In this document: in pieces, positions 12,977-24,688 of the stretch
Layout: each line of letters opens with the position of its first letter
How positions within the stretch are numbered: the first letter of the stretch is position 1
Source of the DNA: Blepharisma stoltei ATCC 30299
Taxonomy: Eukaryota; Protista; Ciliophora
Reading direction: 5' to 3'
Assembly (NCBI GenBank): GCA_965603825.1
Contig: CBFDEM010000002.1
Coordinates: 620,001 to 684,000 of the forward strand
DNA length: 64,000 nt
Program-made: the position numbers and the translations under genes
Notes under the pieces: generated by a model
Seen by the model: only the letters and a program-made list of their open reading frames with translations
What the model was told of the DNA's origin: nothing
The model's database searches: none

Positions 12977-14702
12977 CTCATTATTTAAGGCTTATTATGA
13001 TTTTTTTAATTAGATAGCGATTAAATTGAATTTTATAATAAATTATAGATGATAAATAATCGCCCATAAATCCCAATACTTAATTCAGCTAAATGATAGG
13101 GTGAACCGTTTGAAAATCCATATGCAGCATGTGCATCATTATATTCGATGCGGAATTTCAGCTCAAACAAATGTGCGCCTACCCATCATCTTGTAGCATA
13201 TTTCGCTTTAGAAGAGAAAAGAGGTAATGTTATAAAAATTATTATTTCTTGAAATAATTGTGAGGGCTGTCTCAGCATGTGGAAAAGCTATTCCACTTGC
13301 CGAACCAAAAGCTCACATGCTGAGCCATTATGAAGACTTCACATGTGGAATTTTGTCCTCAGACATGAATAATTTTTTCATGTATAGAGACCCTGCCACA
13401 ACTTATGCAATAAATAATAAGTGCAATTGAAGATAGGCAAAACCATACTTCAGCATGAGATATCATGCGCACTTAATGTGCATGTCATGCATGACCCGTA
13501 GGGGGCTGAGTTGACCAATAGGCATCCCTGCTGTGGAATTTGAGAAGCAGACCGCAATTGTGTCATGAAATCGGAATAGAAATTTCAAGTATAATTACTT
13601 CGCGATTTTGTTTTTTCTATGCTTGCATTATTGAATAGTTTGCTGATGTGTGATTATGATTTGAAGTGTGGCTCGTATAGTGAAATACACATTATTTGTC
13701 ACAAATAAAGAGTAATCAGTCCATATTACGCTAATTCATATCCAGAAATATCTTAACAATATATACTCTTATCATAGATGCTGCAATTGAAAATCTTGCA
13801 AATATAAGCAAGATGACGCCCCATATAAAGATTTTAAAGAGTTGCATTATGTGCCTAAATTACTCTATAAAAGAAATCGGCATGCTAAATCATAATTTTC
13901 CTGTAAGCGAGATAAGCAATTGGAATAAAAACCTATATTTTTTTTCTGCATTCAGAGTACTTTATGCAAGATATAAATAGTCTGCTAGCATCTGTAAATA
14001 TGCTTGTATACCAATTTCACTTTCAATCATGCTTACAAAAGAAACTATTCAAATTCTTCAAATGCACATTCTATAAGATTAGTCATTTAGCTAACTTTAC
14101 TCTTCGTTATCATTAATGTGCACAAGAAACAGGGTACAGATACTAGCTATAGCACAGTGAATTGCATAAATCAATATGGAGGAAGTCAAAATGCTATAAG
14201 CGTTATAGTGCCAGTATACTTATAATTGAGTTAGTAAAATTAACTGCTTAAGCCATTTATCAAATTAAACTCAAAAATATTTAAGAGCTGCTAGCCAATG
14301 TGCAGCAAATTGTCATACCTTCTAGATAGCTTTCTTTTTGATAATAAATATCAATGGTATACTATTTATTTGATCGGGTCTCTCTCATAAAATTATGCTG
14401 CCTTTTTCAGAACTTTTTTTACGATTTAAACGGCAAAAAAATTAGTGGCAAAAAATCATGGAAAAATATTATCAATTTTTTTAAATTATTACTGAAAGCA
14501 GCTTTTAACAAATATGCTTTAAGAACAGTGGCCGAGAAAGAGCCGGACTAAAATAAAAATTATTGGCTCTTATCTAATGCATTATTAATGATCTGAACTG
14601 AATTCACGAATTGCATAGTACTGTATGAAAATTTAATAAACTCACTTCATTCTGCTTAAATAAAAGATTTCTTCTAACTGAAGTTCATTTCTCATTGCAA
14701 TA

Positions 14703-15833
14703 ATGGGAAAGTTAAATGTAATAAGTAAAATGGATATGCAAGGAGATTCAAAACTGTATTTAGCCGATTCGAGCACTTCATACTTGCCAGTGAAAACGAG
14801 ATCTCAGTTTATAAATATTCACAGCTCTTCTAAACTAACCAATCCAAATAAAGAGCACCCTCTCAGAAATCAGCCTATTAAAATAGTGAAGAAACCGCAA
14901 AACTTGGATTCGCATCCTCGGTATCACGAGCGAGGCCAACAAAATTTCAAAATCCAAGACATTTATGAAGATTCAGAACGCAAGAGGCCTCGCAGACCTT
15001 TTAAGGTACTTGATTATAATCCACATGAGTCATTTCACTCGAGAAGTCCGACAACAATTATAAAGGAAGTTGACCAGAGCTATCAATTTGTGTCAGCTTT
15101 AAGCAGTGTTCCAGATTCTGATCAATCACGCTCAATAATTTCAATTGATTTTTCAGATTGCCGAAAAGGAAGCTTTAATTTAGAATACCTAGATAATTCT
15201 GATGAATCGCTAAGCAATTTTTCTTTTACTGAAGAAGGTGAGGAGCCTAAAGAGAAAAGTAATATTAAGACTTCATTTAACTCGAACCAAGAAAGCACAA
15301 AGTTTTCGATATTATCATCAATGGTAGATCCAAAAAGCCAATATTCTCCAGATGCAAGGAAAACTCCGACCAAAAAGCCTATTGAAGAGCGATATTCACC
15401 AATATATAGTGCAGGCGTAGACACCTCGTCAAAAAAGGCTTATCAAATAAAGCCAGAAAAAAAATCTCCGCACTCAGAAAGGAATAATTTGACAACAAGA
15501 GTTACTGCAAATACTTTAGAAAACGAAACAGAATTGAATACAGAAGCTAATGAATTTCACTATGAAAAGAAAAATTTCTGTAACTTCGAATTTAATAGTG
15601 ATGGGCCAAATATTCTTCCGACGAAAGCATATTGCAACAGCTGCAGGAAAATGGTTATGACAGCTGTAAAAATAGAGATGGCTGAGGTTCCACTGTAATT
15701 TTTATTCAGATGAAAACGAATTTGCTGCTCTAATTGCTATGAGGGTAATTCACTTAATAATTTGCAGGCGATCGTGCATTACTGTAAAAAATGCAAAACT
15801 TTAATTAGAAAAATTCAACCGGGAAAGCTATAA
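14703..15833 (+). CDS. LITAF-like zinc-binding domain protein with long disordered N-terminus
   Basis: After intron 15695-15709 the frame continues L-W(TGA)-KRICC...IVHYCKKCKTLI, completing CNSC...HYCKKC; stop TAA 15831. Confidence 0.8.
15695..15709 (+). other. 15-nt intron gtaatttttattcag
   Basis: Removes in-frame TAA and restores the second LITAF zinc knuckle. Confidence 0.85.
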
Positions 15834-16061
15834 ACTAATTGATGTTTAATTAATATAGCTTCTTATGGCCTATAAATCTTTTATATAATTTAATTAATAC
15901 TTTGTGAGAATCTCATAAATTAATTATATGTTGAGATCAGATGAAAATTCTAATCCGCTTCTAATAAAAACGTATTATTTGTGATCAAAATTTCAGATTG
16001 TTTTATTTCTTAAATATTTTTCCATTTTGATTTACTAAAACACTGATTAAGCTTCAAATTA

Positions 16062-16646
16062 TTAAATCCTCCTCTTGCACGTCGGGCACGAATTTTTCAT
16101 CCTCAGCCAAGGCACTAGACACTCTGAATGAAATAAATGCCCACATTGAAGTCTATTTGCTTCTTTTCCTTTTTCAAAAAATTCCATACAAATCATGCAC
16201 TCTTTTCCTATTAGCTCATTTTCAATACTTACAACAGGCAAATTCTCAATAAAGCCTTGAGAAACTTCATTTCTTTGGCCCAAGCCATCTTCCATTAGTT
16301 CCATTAAAACATGGATCAAAGCTCTCCTAGTGATATCTCTTCTCTCCATCTCTGATTGCCCTTCTGGTAAATCGTGAGCAAGCCTTCCAAATAGAGTGCT
16401 TGGGTTGATGACTAGTCTTCCGTTTTCTCGATGATTTCCTACATCAGCATCTTCCTCATTTGAACGATGAATTTCAAAAATAAAAGGATTTGGATCGGCT
16501 TGAAAATTTCCTTGTAGACCTCCGATTTCAGCTACTTGAAGAAAATCACTTCCACATCTCGGGCATAGCAGTTGAGAGGGATCAATAGAGGAGGTGACTT
16601 TACAAGCGTGACAATAATAGTGCTGTTCTTCAATATCTCTATCCAT
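16062..16646 (-). CDS. RNF126/RNF115-like RING-H2 E3 ligase
   Basis: N-terminal zinc ribbon YYCHAC...CPRCGSDF; C-terminal CMIC...CGHLFHSECLVPWL...CPTC. Confidence 0.9.
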   Translation of the reverse strand: MDRDIEEQHYYCHACKVTSSIDPSQLLCPRCGSDFLQVAEIGGLQGNFQADPNPFIFEIHRSNEEDADVGNHRENGRLVINPSTLFGRLAHDLPEGQSEMERRDITRRALIHVLMELMEDGLGQRNEVSQGFIENLPVVSIENELIGKECMICMEFFEKGKEANRLQCGHLFHSECLVPWLRMKNSCPTCKRRI

Positions 16647-17551
16647 TTATAAGTACTTCGTAGATTATTTTTATTTGAAAGGAAAAAGTTTAAAAAAATA
16701 AATAAGACTGACAACCCTGATTATTGATAAGCAAGGCTTATAAATTTTCAATATCTCGAATTGATTATAATTTCTTTAATCCAATATTTTATATATTTTT
16801 TTAAATTTTTTTCTAATTTAAATTTTGATTAGCAATAAAAATATAAAATACTTATATAGAAGATGCTCTTTTTTAGGAGGAAACAGCTATTCTATATTAA
16901 GATATATAAATAGAAAGTATAGTTTCTACTGATTATTTGTATTTAGTGCTTTAATAAAAGATTTTCATAATTAAAATTTGGAATCAGATATTTTTATTGA
17001 CTTAATTCTATAAAATGGTTTAATTTATTAAAAGATGCACAAGAGTTTTAAATATGAAGTAAAAACTTTTAATTTTATTTAAAAGCTTAGAGGTCTTATC
17101 CCTTTATATATAATAATTTTAAAATTCTGGCTATATTGAATTAGTCAATTCGCAGTTGATCTTTCTCAAAAAAAATGCTACGAATGAATTCAGAGCTTTA
17201 ATGAAATTTAGTTTCTTGACTTAAGAATAGCACTATATTCTTGATAAGACAAAATATTCTTCTAAAAATGTTTTAAATATGATAAATACATAAATTCTTG
17301 TTAGTATTTTAATAATCATCAAAAATATTAAAGCGTCTTTCTTACCACTTGTTTCAGAAATGAACTGCATTATACTTAATAATTAACATATTCAAAATAT
17401 ATGTTTTTGATATTCAAAAATTCAGAAAATGCATCTAAATTGATTAGTCTCATTCTCTTCTGATTCTTTTTGAATAAAATCTCATATTCATACCTGAGTA
17501 AATATCAGCATTTCTATGTAAAAAGCAATCAATTCTACGATACGATAAAAT

Positions 17552-19846
17552 ATGGCTTGTGCTCACCTGACCCATTCCAATATCACTCAGAATTTGCAGG
17601 GAAAATTCATCCATAAAGACGAATGCACAAAATGTTTCGCAACATCTGTAAATTTCATTTAGAAATCCGAGCACGGAATCGACATTTGCTTAAAATGCTT
17701 CAATGGGTCTTGTCCAGATTTACACTCATCCCAGCACTATCTAAGTCAGCATCATCCTATTGCCCTTCACCTAGAAATGGTTAAAAGGCCTAAGGCATCA
17801 GAAGAGCCTCAACAGATTTCTAAGCTCGCAATTGGAGTTCCAGGAGGAGCAGGATACTCAGCTGATGAATGGGATCCCCACACTCTCCTAAAATGCTTAG
17901 CTTGCAACATCTTCCTCAATCCTACTGCAGAAATCCGGCAGCTGATTAATTCTATACTTATGGCTAACTCAGCATTATTCCAATCATCAGTAGATGCATG
18001 GGAATTGGAGTTACAGCCGTGTGAGCATACTTTATTATTAGAACAATTACCAAGACAGTTAGCAGAAAAAAGTTTGGCTTCTTGTAATAGCTGTGATTTA
18101 AAAGCAAATTTGTGGCTTTGTATGGTGTGTGGGAATTTAGGATGTGGAAGGAAAAATTATGATGGGTCTGGAGGGAATGGGCATGCTTTGACTCATTTTC
18201 AAACTACTGGGCATGGAGTTGTCTGCAAAATAGGGACGATTACGCCAGAAGGTACAGCTTCAATCCATTGCTATAACTGTGACAACGAAGTTTTAGACCC
18301 TTCTCTTGCAGATCACTTAAAAACTTTTGGAATTCTAATTCAGCAGCAAGTAAAAACAGAAAAAACTATCACAGAAATGGAATTAGAAAGCAATATAAAC
18401 TTAACCTTGTCTAAAGCAGTTGAAGAAGGCAGAACTTTATCTCCAAGATATGGCCCTGGATATACTGGGATGGAAAACTTAGGAAATTCTTGCTATCTTA
18501 ACTCAGTAATCCAGCTGATATTTTCTTTTCCTGAATGGCAGCATCGGTATACAGATGAAGACCACTTAAACGGATGCAAGTCAAATGATCCTTCACAATG
18601 CTATTTCTGTCAGCTTAATAAGCTTGGACTTGGATTATGGAGTGGAGAGCACTCACTTCAGAAATGGACAGAACCAGTCAACACTGTTACAGGAGAAATC
18701 ATCCCACCAACTGAATACCAAGACGGAATCCGCCCTCAGATGTTCAAAGCGTTGATAGGAAAAGGCCACCCCGAATTTTCTTCTGCAAGACAGCAAGACG
18801 CTTATGAATTTTTCAGCCACTTTTTAAGTGTAGGCCAAAAAGCTGAAAAAGCAGCTGGTATAATTAGCTCATACCCAGGAAAAATTTTTGAATTTAAGCT
18901 GGCAACCAAAATGAAATGCTTAAAATGCCATGGAGTTAAATACAACAGCGCCAATAGTACTGTAATATCTGTTAGCGTTCCTATTGACTTAAAAGAAGAT
19001 GGCCCAAATGTTGTCGTTGACTTTGACAGAGTTTTAAATACATTTACCCAGGCAGAAATCGTGGAATATAACTGTCCTAATTGTAAACAAACTACGAATT
19101 TTTCGAAGCAGTTTATGTTTGAAACTTATCCAAAGGTCCTCGTCGTTGTGGTTAATAGATTTGTATGTCCTGATTGGGTACCTAAAAAACTGGAGTGTGG
19201 TGTAAATGTCCCAGTTGACCCATTTTCGCTTGAAAATATGAGGCTGGTTAAAGGAAACGAGCAAGAGCTGCTTGGGTCTTCTGAAGAAGATTCAGGACCG
19301 AAATTTGATCAAGGGCTTTTAAATGAGTTATTGATGTTCGGATTTGGCGAAAATATAGCGAAAAGAGCATTAATCACTACCAGTAATAGATCACTTGAAG
19401 AAGCCACTAATTGGATAGTGGAAAACTTGGAAAATCCTGAAGCAAATGAACCATTAGTCTCTTCTAGTAGCCAAGGACCTCAAATCAGCCAGGACTTAAT
19501 TGATAACCTTACAGCTATGGGATTTTCTGCTAGCCAAGCTAAAAATGCTTTAAAAAATTGCAACTGTGACCCTGAAAGAGCTGTAGACTATCTCTTTTCT
19601 CACCCTGATGATGATATGGAAGTAGAACAGCCTCAAGTACAAGAAGAAGTAGGAGATAAAGGCCCCGCAAATTATCAGCTTCAAGGAGTTGTGACTCATT
19701 TAGGCGCTTCTGTGCATTCTGGTCATTATGTCGCCCATATTTTGAAGGAAGGAGAATGCATCCTCTTTAACGACATCAAAGTTGCAGCATCGTCTGATCC
19801 TCCGCTTGGAAAAGGCTATCTTTATTTCTTTAGAAAACTTAACTAA
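17552..19846 (+). CDS. USP5: Ubiquitin C-terminal hydrolase 5/13 (Ubp14, isopeptidase T)
   Basis: ATG17552, KDECTKCF N-terminal zinc region, intron 17648-17662, ZnF-UBP (NLWLCMVCGNLGCGR), Cys box GNSCYLNS, two UBA domains, His box HSGHYVAH. Confidence 0.93.
17648..17662 (+). other. 15-nt intron gtaaatttcatttag
   Basis: Contains in-frame TAG; removal links the conserved N-terminus to the 689-aa ORF. Confidence 0.9.
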
Positions 19847-19938
19847 TTTAGCAAAGCAATAATAAAAATGATTTACTGGAATAGATACCACTGAAATAGA
19901 TATTCTCAATAATTAAAAAATAAAAGCATGATTATTTA

Positions 19939-20370
19939 CTAAGTTAATATTAACAATCGATTGCAATTAGGGCATGTCGGGAACTCTAATTTTGCACTTA
20001 ATCAATGATCTAAACAATTTGTGTGAAATGGATGCAAACAAGTAGTTATACGGGCTAGTTCACCTTCAACTACATCACTCAGACAAATCGTACAAACTGG
20101 CATTCCGGCAATTTTTATATCTTTTGTAAATTTTACTGCTGGGAGTATTTTTTCACAATATTCACTACTAATTAGCCTTGAGAGCTCAGCAAAGCTGCTC
20201 CTGTTTGAAGCATCACCAACTACTGTTACTGGAGCAACATATGCTCTTCTCTTAATTATTTTTCTTGCCAATAAGCAAAAACATACCACTCTAAATATCT
20301 CCTACAAAGAAACCATAACGAAAACTGCACTAATAGTAACTACTACTGAAAAAAATAGTTCAGAATTCAT
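19939..20370 (-). CDS. Single-TM RING-H2 E3 ligase (ATL-like)
   Basis: ATG20370, hydrophobic helix across intron 20291-20305, CTICL...CLHPFHTNCLDH-W(TGA)-L...CPNC; the TGA sits at the conserved RING Trp; stop TAG. Confidence 0.85.
20291..20305 (-). other. 15-nt intron gtaggagatatttag
   Basis: GT..AG on minus strand; removes in-frame TAG within the TM helix. Confidence 0.85.
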
Positions 20371-20535
20371 TCTATTATCATCATTTTTCCATGAAAATTA
20401 CGGACTCATTTGTGCGATTTTAAATTTTCAGAGAAAATTTAGCTTACTTTCTGCAATTTTGGGTAATTTTGAGATACGAGTAGTATAATTAATTAAAACA
20501 ATTAATTCATCATATAGTGAATAAAGACTTAATAA

Positions 20536-21954
20536 ATGAAAATAAAGAGCATTCCTATTTTAATATTTCTTATAGTAGGAACATTGGGAGTCTTTCAAGA
20601 GGAAAACGATGTTTTAGTATTAGAAGATAGAAACTTTAACGATGCTCTAAAAGAATATCCAAAGCTCTTAGTTGAATTTTATGCCCCTTGGTGCGCTCAT
20701 TGTAAAGTACTAGCTCCGCTCTATGCCAAAGCAGCTGCTACTCTTAAAGCTCATGACCCTCCTTATCGAATAGCCAAGATAGACGGAACTGCCAATGTCA
20801 AAACGAATCATAAATATCATCTAGAGGGATATCCTACTCTCAAATTTTTCGTAAACGGGGAGCCTTCTGACTACAAAGGACCCAGAACTGACGAAGGAAT
20901 TGTTTCTTTTGTGCTGAAGAAAATGGGACCTCCAGCGACACACATAAAATCCTTAGAAGATCTAAAAGACTTTAATGCTGAGCACAAGCTTTCAATGATT
21001 TTATTTACCCACAAAGGCTCAGAAGAAGAAAAACTGTTCGAAAAAGTTGTGGAAAGCTTAGAAGGCAATTATTATGGGATTATTTATGATAAATCTGCAT
21101 TTGATTTCTATATCGCAAGTGACCCTACTGTAATTGCATTTAAGCATTATGATAATTTGAGGTCTGATTTTTCAGGACCTTTTACCCAAAAGGATTTAAC
21201 TGCATTTTTAGAGCTAAACCAAGTGCCTTGGATTTTGCCATTTGATGATAACACAATTCAACACGTGTTCGGCAAGCAGAGGCCTGCCCTATTTTTCTTT
21301 AGGAAAAATGAAGATGCAGGAGTTTACGACCCAATGCTGGTTTCTTTGTCATTTAAAACTCAAGGCTCAGTTATCCTTGTCTATACAGATTTAGCTCTAG
21401 AATCCAACAAGCGCTTAGCCGATTTCTTGGGCGTCCCAGCCTCAGTGATGCCAAAAGCTCTTTTATTAGATTCTAGTATGAATAAATATATCCACAATGG
21501 AGCACTTAATGAGCTAGCCTTAATTCAATTCTTAGACAATTGAAAAGCAGGATTATTACACCCATATTATAGAACACAGCCAGCTCCAGAAAAAGAGTAT
21601 GAAGATGGGGTCAGAATTCTGGTAGGCAGCACTTTTGGGGATATCGTTTTTGATGAGAAAAAAGACGTCGTTGTAGAATTTTTTGCACCTTGGTGTGGAA
21701 ATTGCAAAAAGCTAGCAGGGGAGTATAGAAAAGTCGCTAAATATTTCAAAAAAAATGAGAATGTTGTGATAGCGAAATTGGATTCAACTGAAAATGAGGT
21801 CCATGGGCACCAGATTTCGAATTACCCTGTTATTAAGATGTTCCCAGCTAAAAATAAAACTGCTATTGAGTACACAGGAACAAAGGATGCAGATGGAATA
21901 ATTAAGTTCATTGAAGAAAACACGTCTTTTAAAAGTGAAAAGGTAGATTTGTAG
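20536..21954 (+). CDS. Protein disulfide isomerase (a-b-b'-a')
   Basis: Signal peptide, APWCAHC and APWCGNC active sites, TGA=Trp at 21541, C-terminal KVDL ER-retention-like signal. Confidence 0.92.
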
Positions 21955-22090
21955 TGGCCTTTGAAGATAAATATTTAATATTAGGTAGTTTAGGAGAATA
22001 AGAGCCTTGCTTTAAAATAAAATTTTAGGAATAAAGAAAATATTAGCAAATGATAAGGAAATTATGATTATTTTTTTAAAGTTATTGGGA

Positions 22091-22202
22091 AGATGTGTGA
22101 GATGAGGTAGACCGCCAAAATGACGGTACAAAAATCTCAGTTCCTATGGCGCAATTAAAAGAATGTCTGGACATAATACCCTTTCATTTACCCTTGCGCC
22201 AT
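22091..22202 (-). ncRNA. Box H/ACA snoRNA, predicted guide for 18S rRNA pseudouridine (yeast Psi466-equivalent site)
   Basis: Minus strand: hairpin GGCGCAA/UUGCGCC, H box AUAGGA (22147-22142), hairpin UGAGAU/AUCUCA with upper stem ACCGUC/GGCGGU, ACA (22096-22094) 3 nt from the end; pocket strands complementary to GAGGUAG-UN-ACAA; pocket-to-ACA spacing 14 nt. Confidence 0.85.
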
Positions 22203-22290
22203 TTTAGTTTAATATTATAAGCTTATGTAATCTAAGAAAATAAATCTTTGATGCAATGAAGATAAGAGCTCAGAGTTTACTTTGTGAAAA

Positions 22291-22323
22291 ATAAAATTAT
22301 AAAATTATAAAATTATAAAATTA
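22291..22323 (+). repeat. Short tandem repeat (AAAATTAT)x3-4
   Basis: ataaaattataaaattataaaattataaaatta between the SDR stop codon and the snoRNA. Confidence 0.55.
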
Positions 22324-22363
22324 ATTAAATAATTTTCGCTCAAATTTAAATGAATGAATTAAA

Positions 22364-23101
22364 TTATAGTCTCGCATGATATCCTCCAGCAATAACCACA
22401 GTTTCCCCATTAACATAAGATGCTTCATCACTGCACAAAAACGCAGCAACACTTGCACATTCTCCAGGATTTCCCATCCTCCCCATCGGATTTCTTTTCA
22501 CTTCTTCACTCTCCCAAATCGCTTCAGAGAATCTCGTCTTGATTATCCCTGGCGCAATCCCATTAACTCTGATTCCAGCCCCAGCCAGTTCAATTCCCAG
22601 CATTTTTGTCATCCCAATCAAAGCTGTTTTAGTCACTCCATAAATCCCAATTGCTGGCGAAGGGGCATATCCTCCATAGCTAGACACAAATAAAACTGAA
22701 GGGCTTTTGCTTTTTTTAAGCCAAGGCAGCGCGGTCTTCAATAAGAAAAATCCAGCCTTTATGTTGATATCAAACATTCTATCATAAGCTAACTCTGTGA
22801 TATCCATTGTAGGTCCAAATGCAGTAGAGACCGCAGCATTATTGACAAGGACATCAATTCCTCCGAACTTATCTACAGCAAAATCCACTAATTTTTGTCT
22901 GTCTTTTCCTACATGGCAAACCACACCTTCAGCAACAATTCCTTCTTTCCTTAATTCTTCAACAGCAGCTTGGACGTGTTTTTCGTTTCTTGAGCTTATC
23001 ACAATTTTTCCACCTTCTTGTCCCATTCTTTTGGCGATGGCAAAACCGATGCCAGTAGCAGAAGCGGTAATCACACAGACCTTATTTTGATATCTCCCCA
23101 T
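22364..23101 (-). CDS. DHRS4: Peroxisomal short-chain dehydrogenase/reductase, DHRS4-like
   Basis: TASATGIG, NNAA, YGVTK catalytic motif, C-terminal ARL (PTS1-type). Confidence 0.85.
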   Translation of the reverse strand: MGRYQNKVCVITASATGIGFAIAKRMGQEGGKIVISSRNEKHVQAAVEELRKEGIVAEGVVCHVGKDRQKLVDFAVDKFGGIDVLVNNAAVSTAFGPTMDITELAYDRMFDINIKAGFFLLKTALPWLKKSKSPSVLFVSSYGGYAPSPAIGIYGVTKTALIGMTKMLGIELAGAGIRVNGIAPGIIKTRFSEAIWESEEVKRNPMGRMGNPGECASVAAFLCSDEASYVNGETVVIAGGYHARL

Positions 23102-23128
23102 AATAAAATGATATATTTAATTGAATTT

Positions 23129-24409
23129 TTACCCTAAAGATTGACTTCTATTAAGACAGTCTTCGTTTAAGAATGGCCCATGCTCTCCAAGTGTTTCATT
23201 TACGTCATTCCAGGCGAAGCTTAATAAAGTGGCTGGTGCGTAACTTTTAAGATCTTTTGTGGTAGCTTTGATTATTGTTTTTGGAGGTGAAAAGAAAAGG
23301 TGGAATTTCCGGCCTTGCTGAGCCAAAAAGCTTGCTACAAAAGCATAGATGTCTCTTTCTGTTTCTTTTACTGAAAAAGTGCCTTGCAAAAGCGTTCTGT
23401 CTGGGAATCGAATCCTTATTAAAGCTCTTGTATAGATTTCTCTGCTTTGTAAAGTTTCCAGCTGTTTTTTCCTTTTATTGTGGAATTTTGATAGCTCTTC
23501 TCTTTCTTTCATAACTCTCTGGATGTTTCTCAAATTTATCTGCCTTTCTTCATCCTCCTGATTAGACCTATTTTTTTCCTCTTCATTCAGCTTGGCCAGG
23601 GTTGCATTTAAATTTCCATCACTAATTCTATACACAACAGGGTCTCTGCTGACTGAAGTTTGTCTGGCTAATTGATCATGATTTTCTTCAAGTTTTTTAA
23701 TAGCTTCAGTTATGGCTATAGGGTCATGCTCTCTTGAGTTAATTTTTGGCATATCTGGGTTGGTCTTAGTAATTGCAGGCTTATAAGGATTAAACACTTC
23801 TGGGGTAACTTCAGTTCTTGGGACAAGTTTTGGAGGTAGCCCGATGTTTTCTGCAATTTCATTGACTTCGTCCAACGCGCGGTTTATTTCTTCGAAATCT
23901 ACTTGTGGCATATAATAGTTTTCCCTTTCATCTGTAAATCCTATTTTTTTGAGATACTCAATAGCAATATGATGTTGGCCTATTTTTGCATTGAATTTAG
24001 GGTTGGATTTTTTTAGCCTTCTGACTCTGTCGTCTATAGGATTTGTGATAGCTATATTATAGATTATGACTTGGAGAGTTTCGATGGTTTCCCTTAAATT
24101 TTGATGTCCATTATCACGAGAAAGGAAGTATTCTAGCAGCCTGTGCAGCAGAGATGCTGTAGATTCGACTGTAGCTTGCTGATTTTGATTGGATAGATCG
24201 TTAAGACGCTTTTTTACTAGTTCAGATACACGTACAGGTACTCCTAGTTGATTCCAATGCTCATCTGAAAGCTCTTTAAGAGATTCTGCAGAATCATATC
24301 ATTCATTGGTGAGTTTTTCTATAATTGGTTCAATTCTTGATTGAGGAAATCCTTGCTCAGCAGCAAGTTGTGTTAAAAAATCTCTTGTTGTCAGAACGGA
24401 TCCAGACAT
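23129..24409 (-). CDS. SAM-like + PUB + UBX domain p97/Cdc48 cofactor (UBXN6-like)
   Basis: Frame extends upstream to ATG24409 through TGA=Trp at 24299; PUB motif IIYNI..NP...RRLKKSNPKF...YLKKIGF; UBX motif IRIRFPDRTLLQGTF...FSPPK. Confidence 0.85.
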
Positions 24410-24688
24410 ATTGATATAGAATTCTATTATTCTTTCTAAAAATATTCATTACTATAAATAATTAAGAAAAACGCTAATGAAGATTATTTGGATTTGGCTT
24501 GATAAATAAATGATAATTGGATTTTATAGAGCATATGCAGCAATTTTTGACTTAAATAAATAAAGATATATTAATTTAGCTAGCTTAAATTAGAATAATT
24601 GAGATTATTATTTTTAAGTAAATTGCAGTATAACACCTCACATGAATCAGCATCTGTAATTCATGTTTGAATAAATATCAAATTTGAA

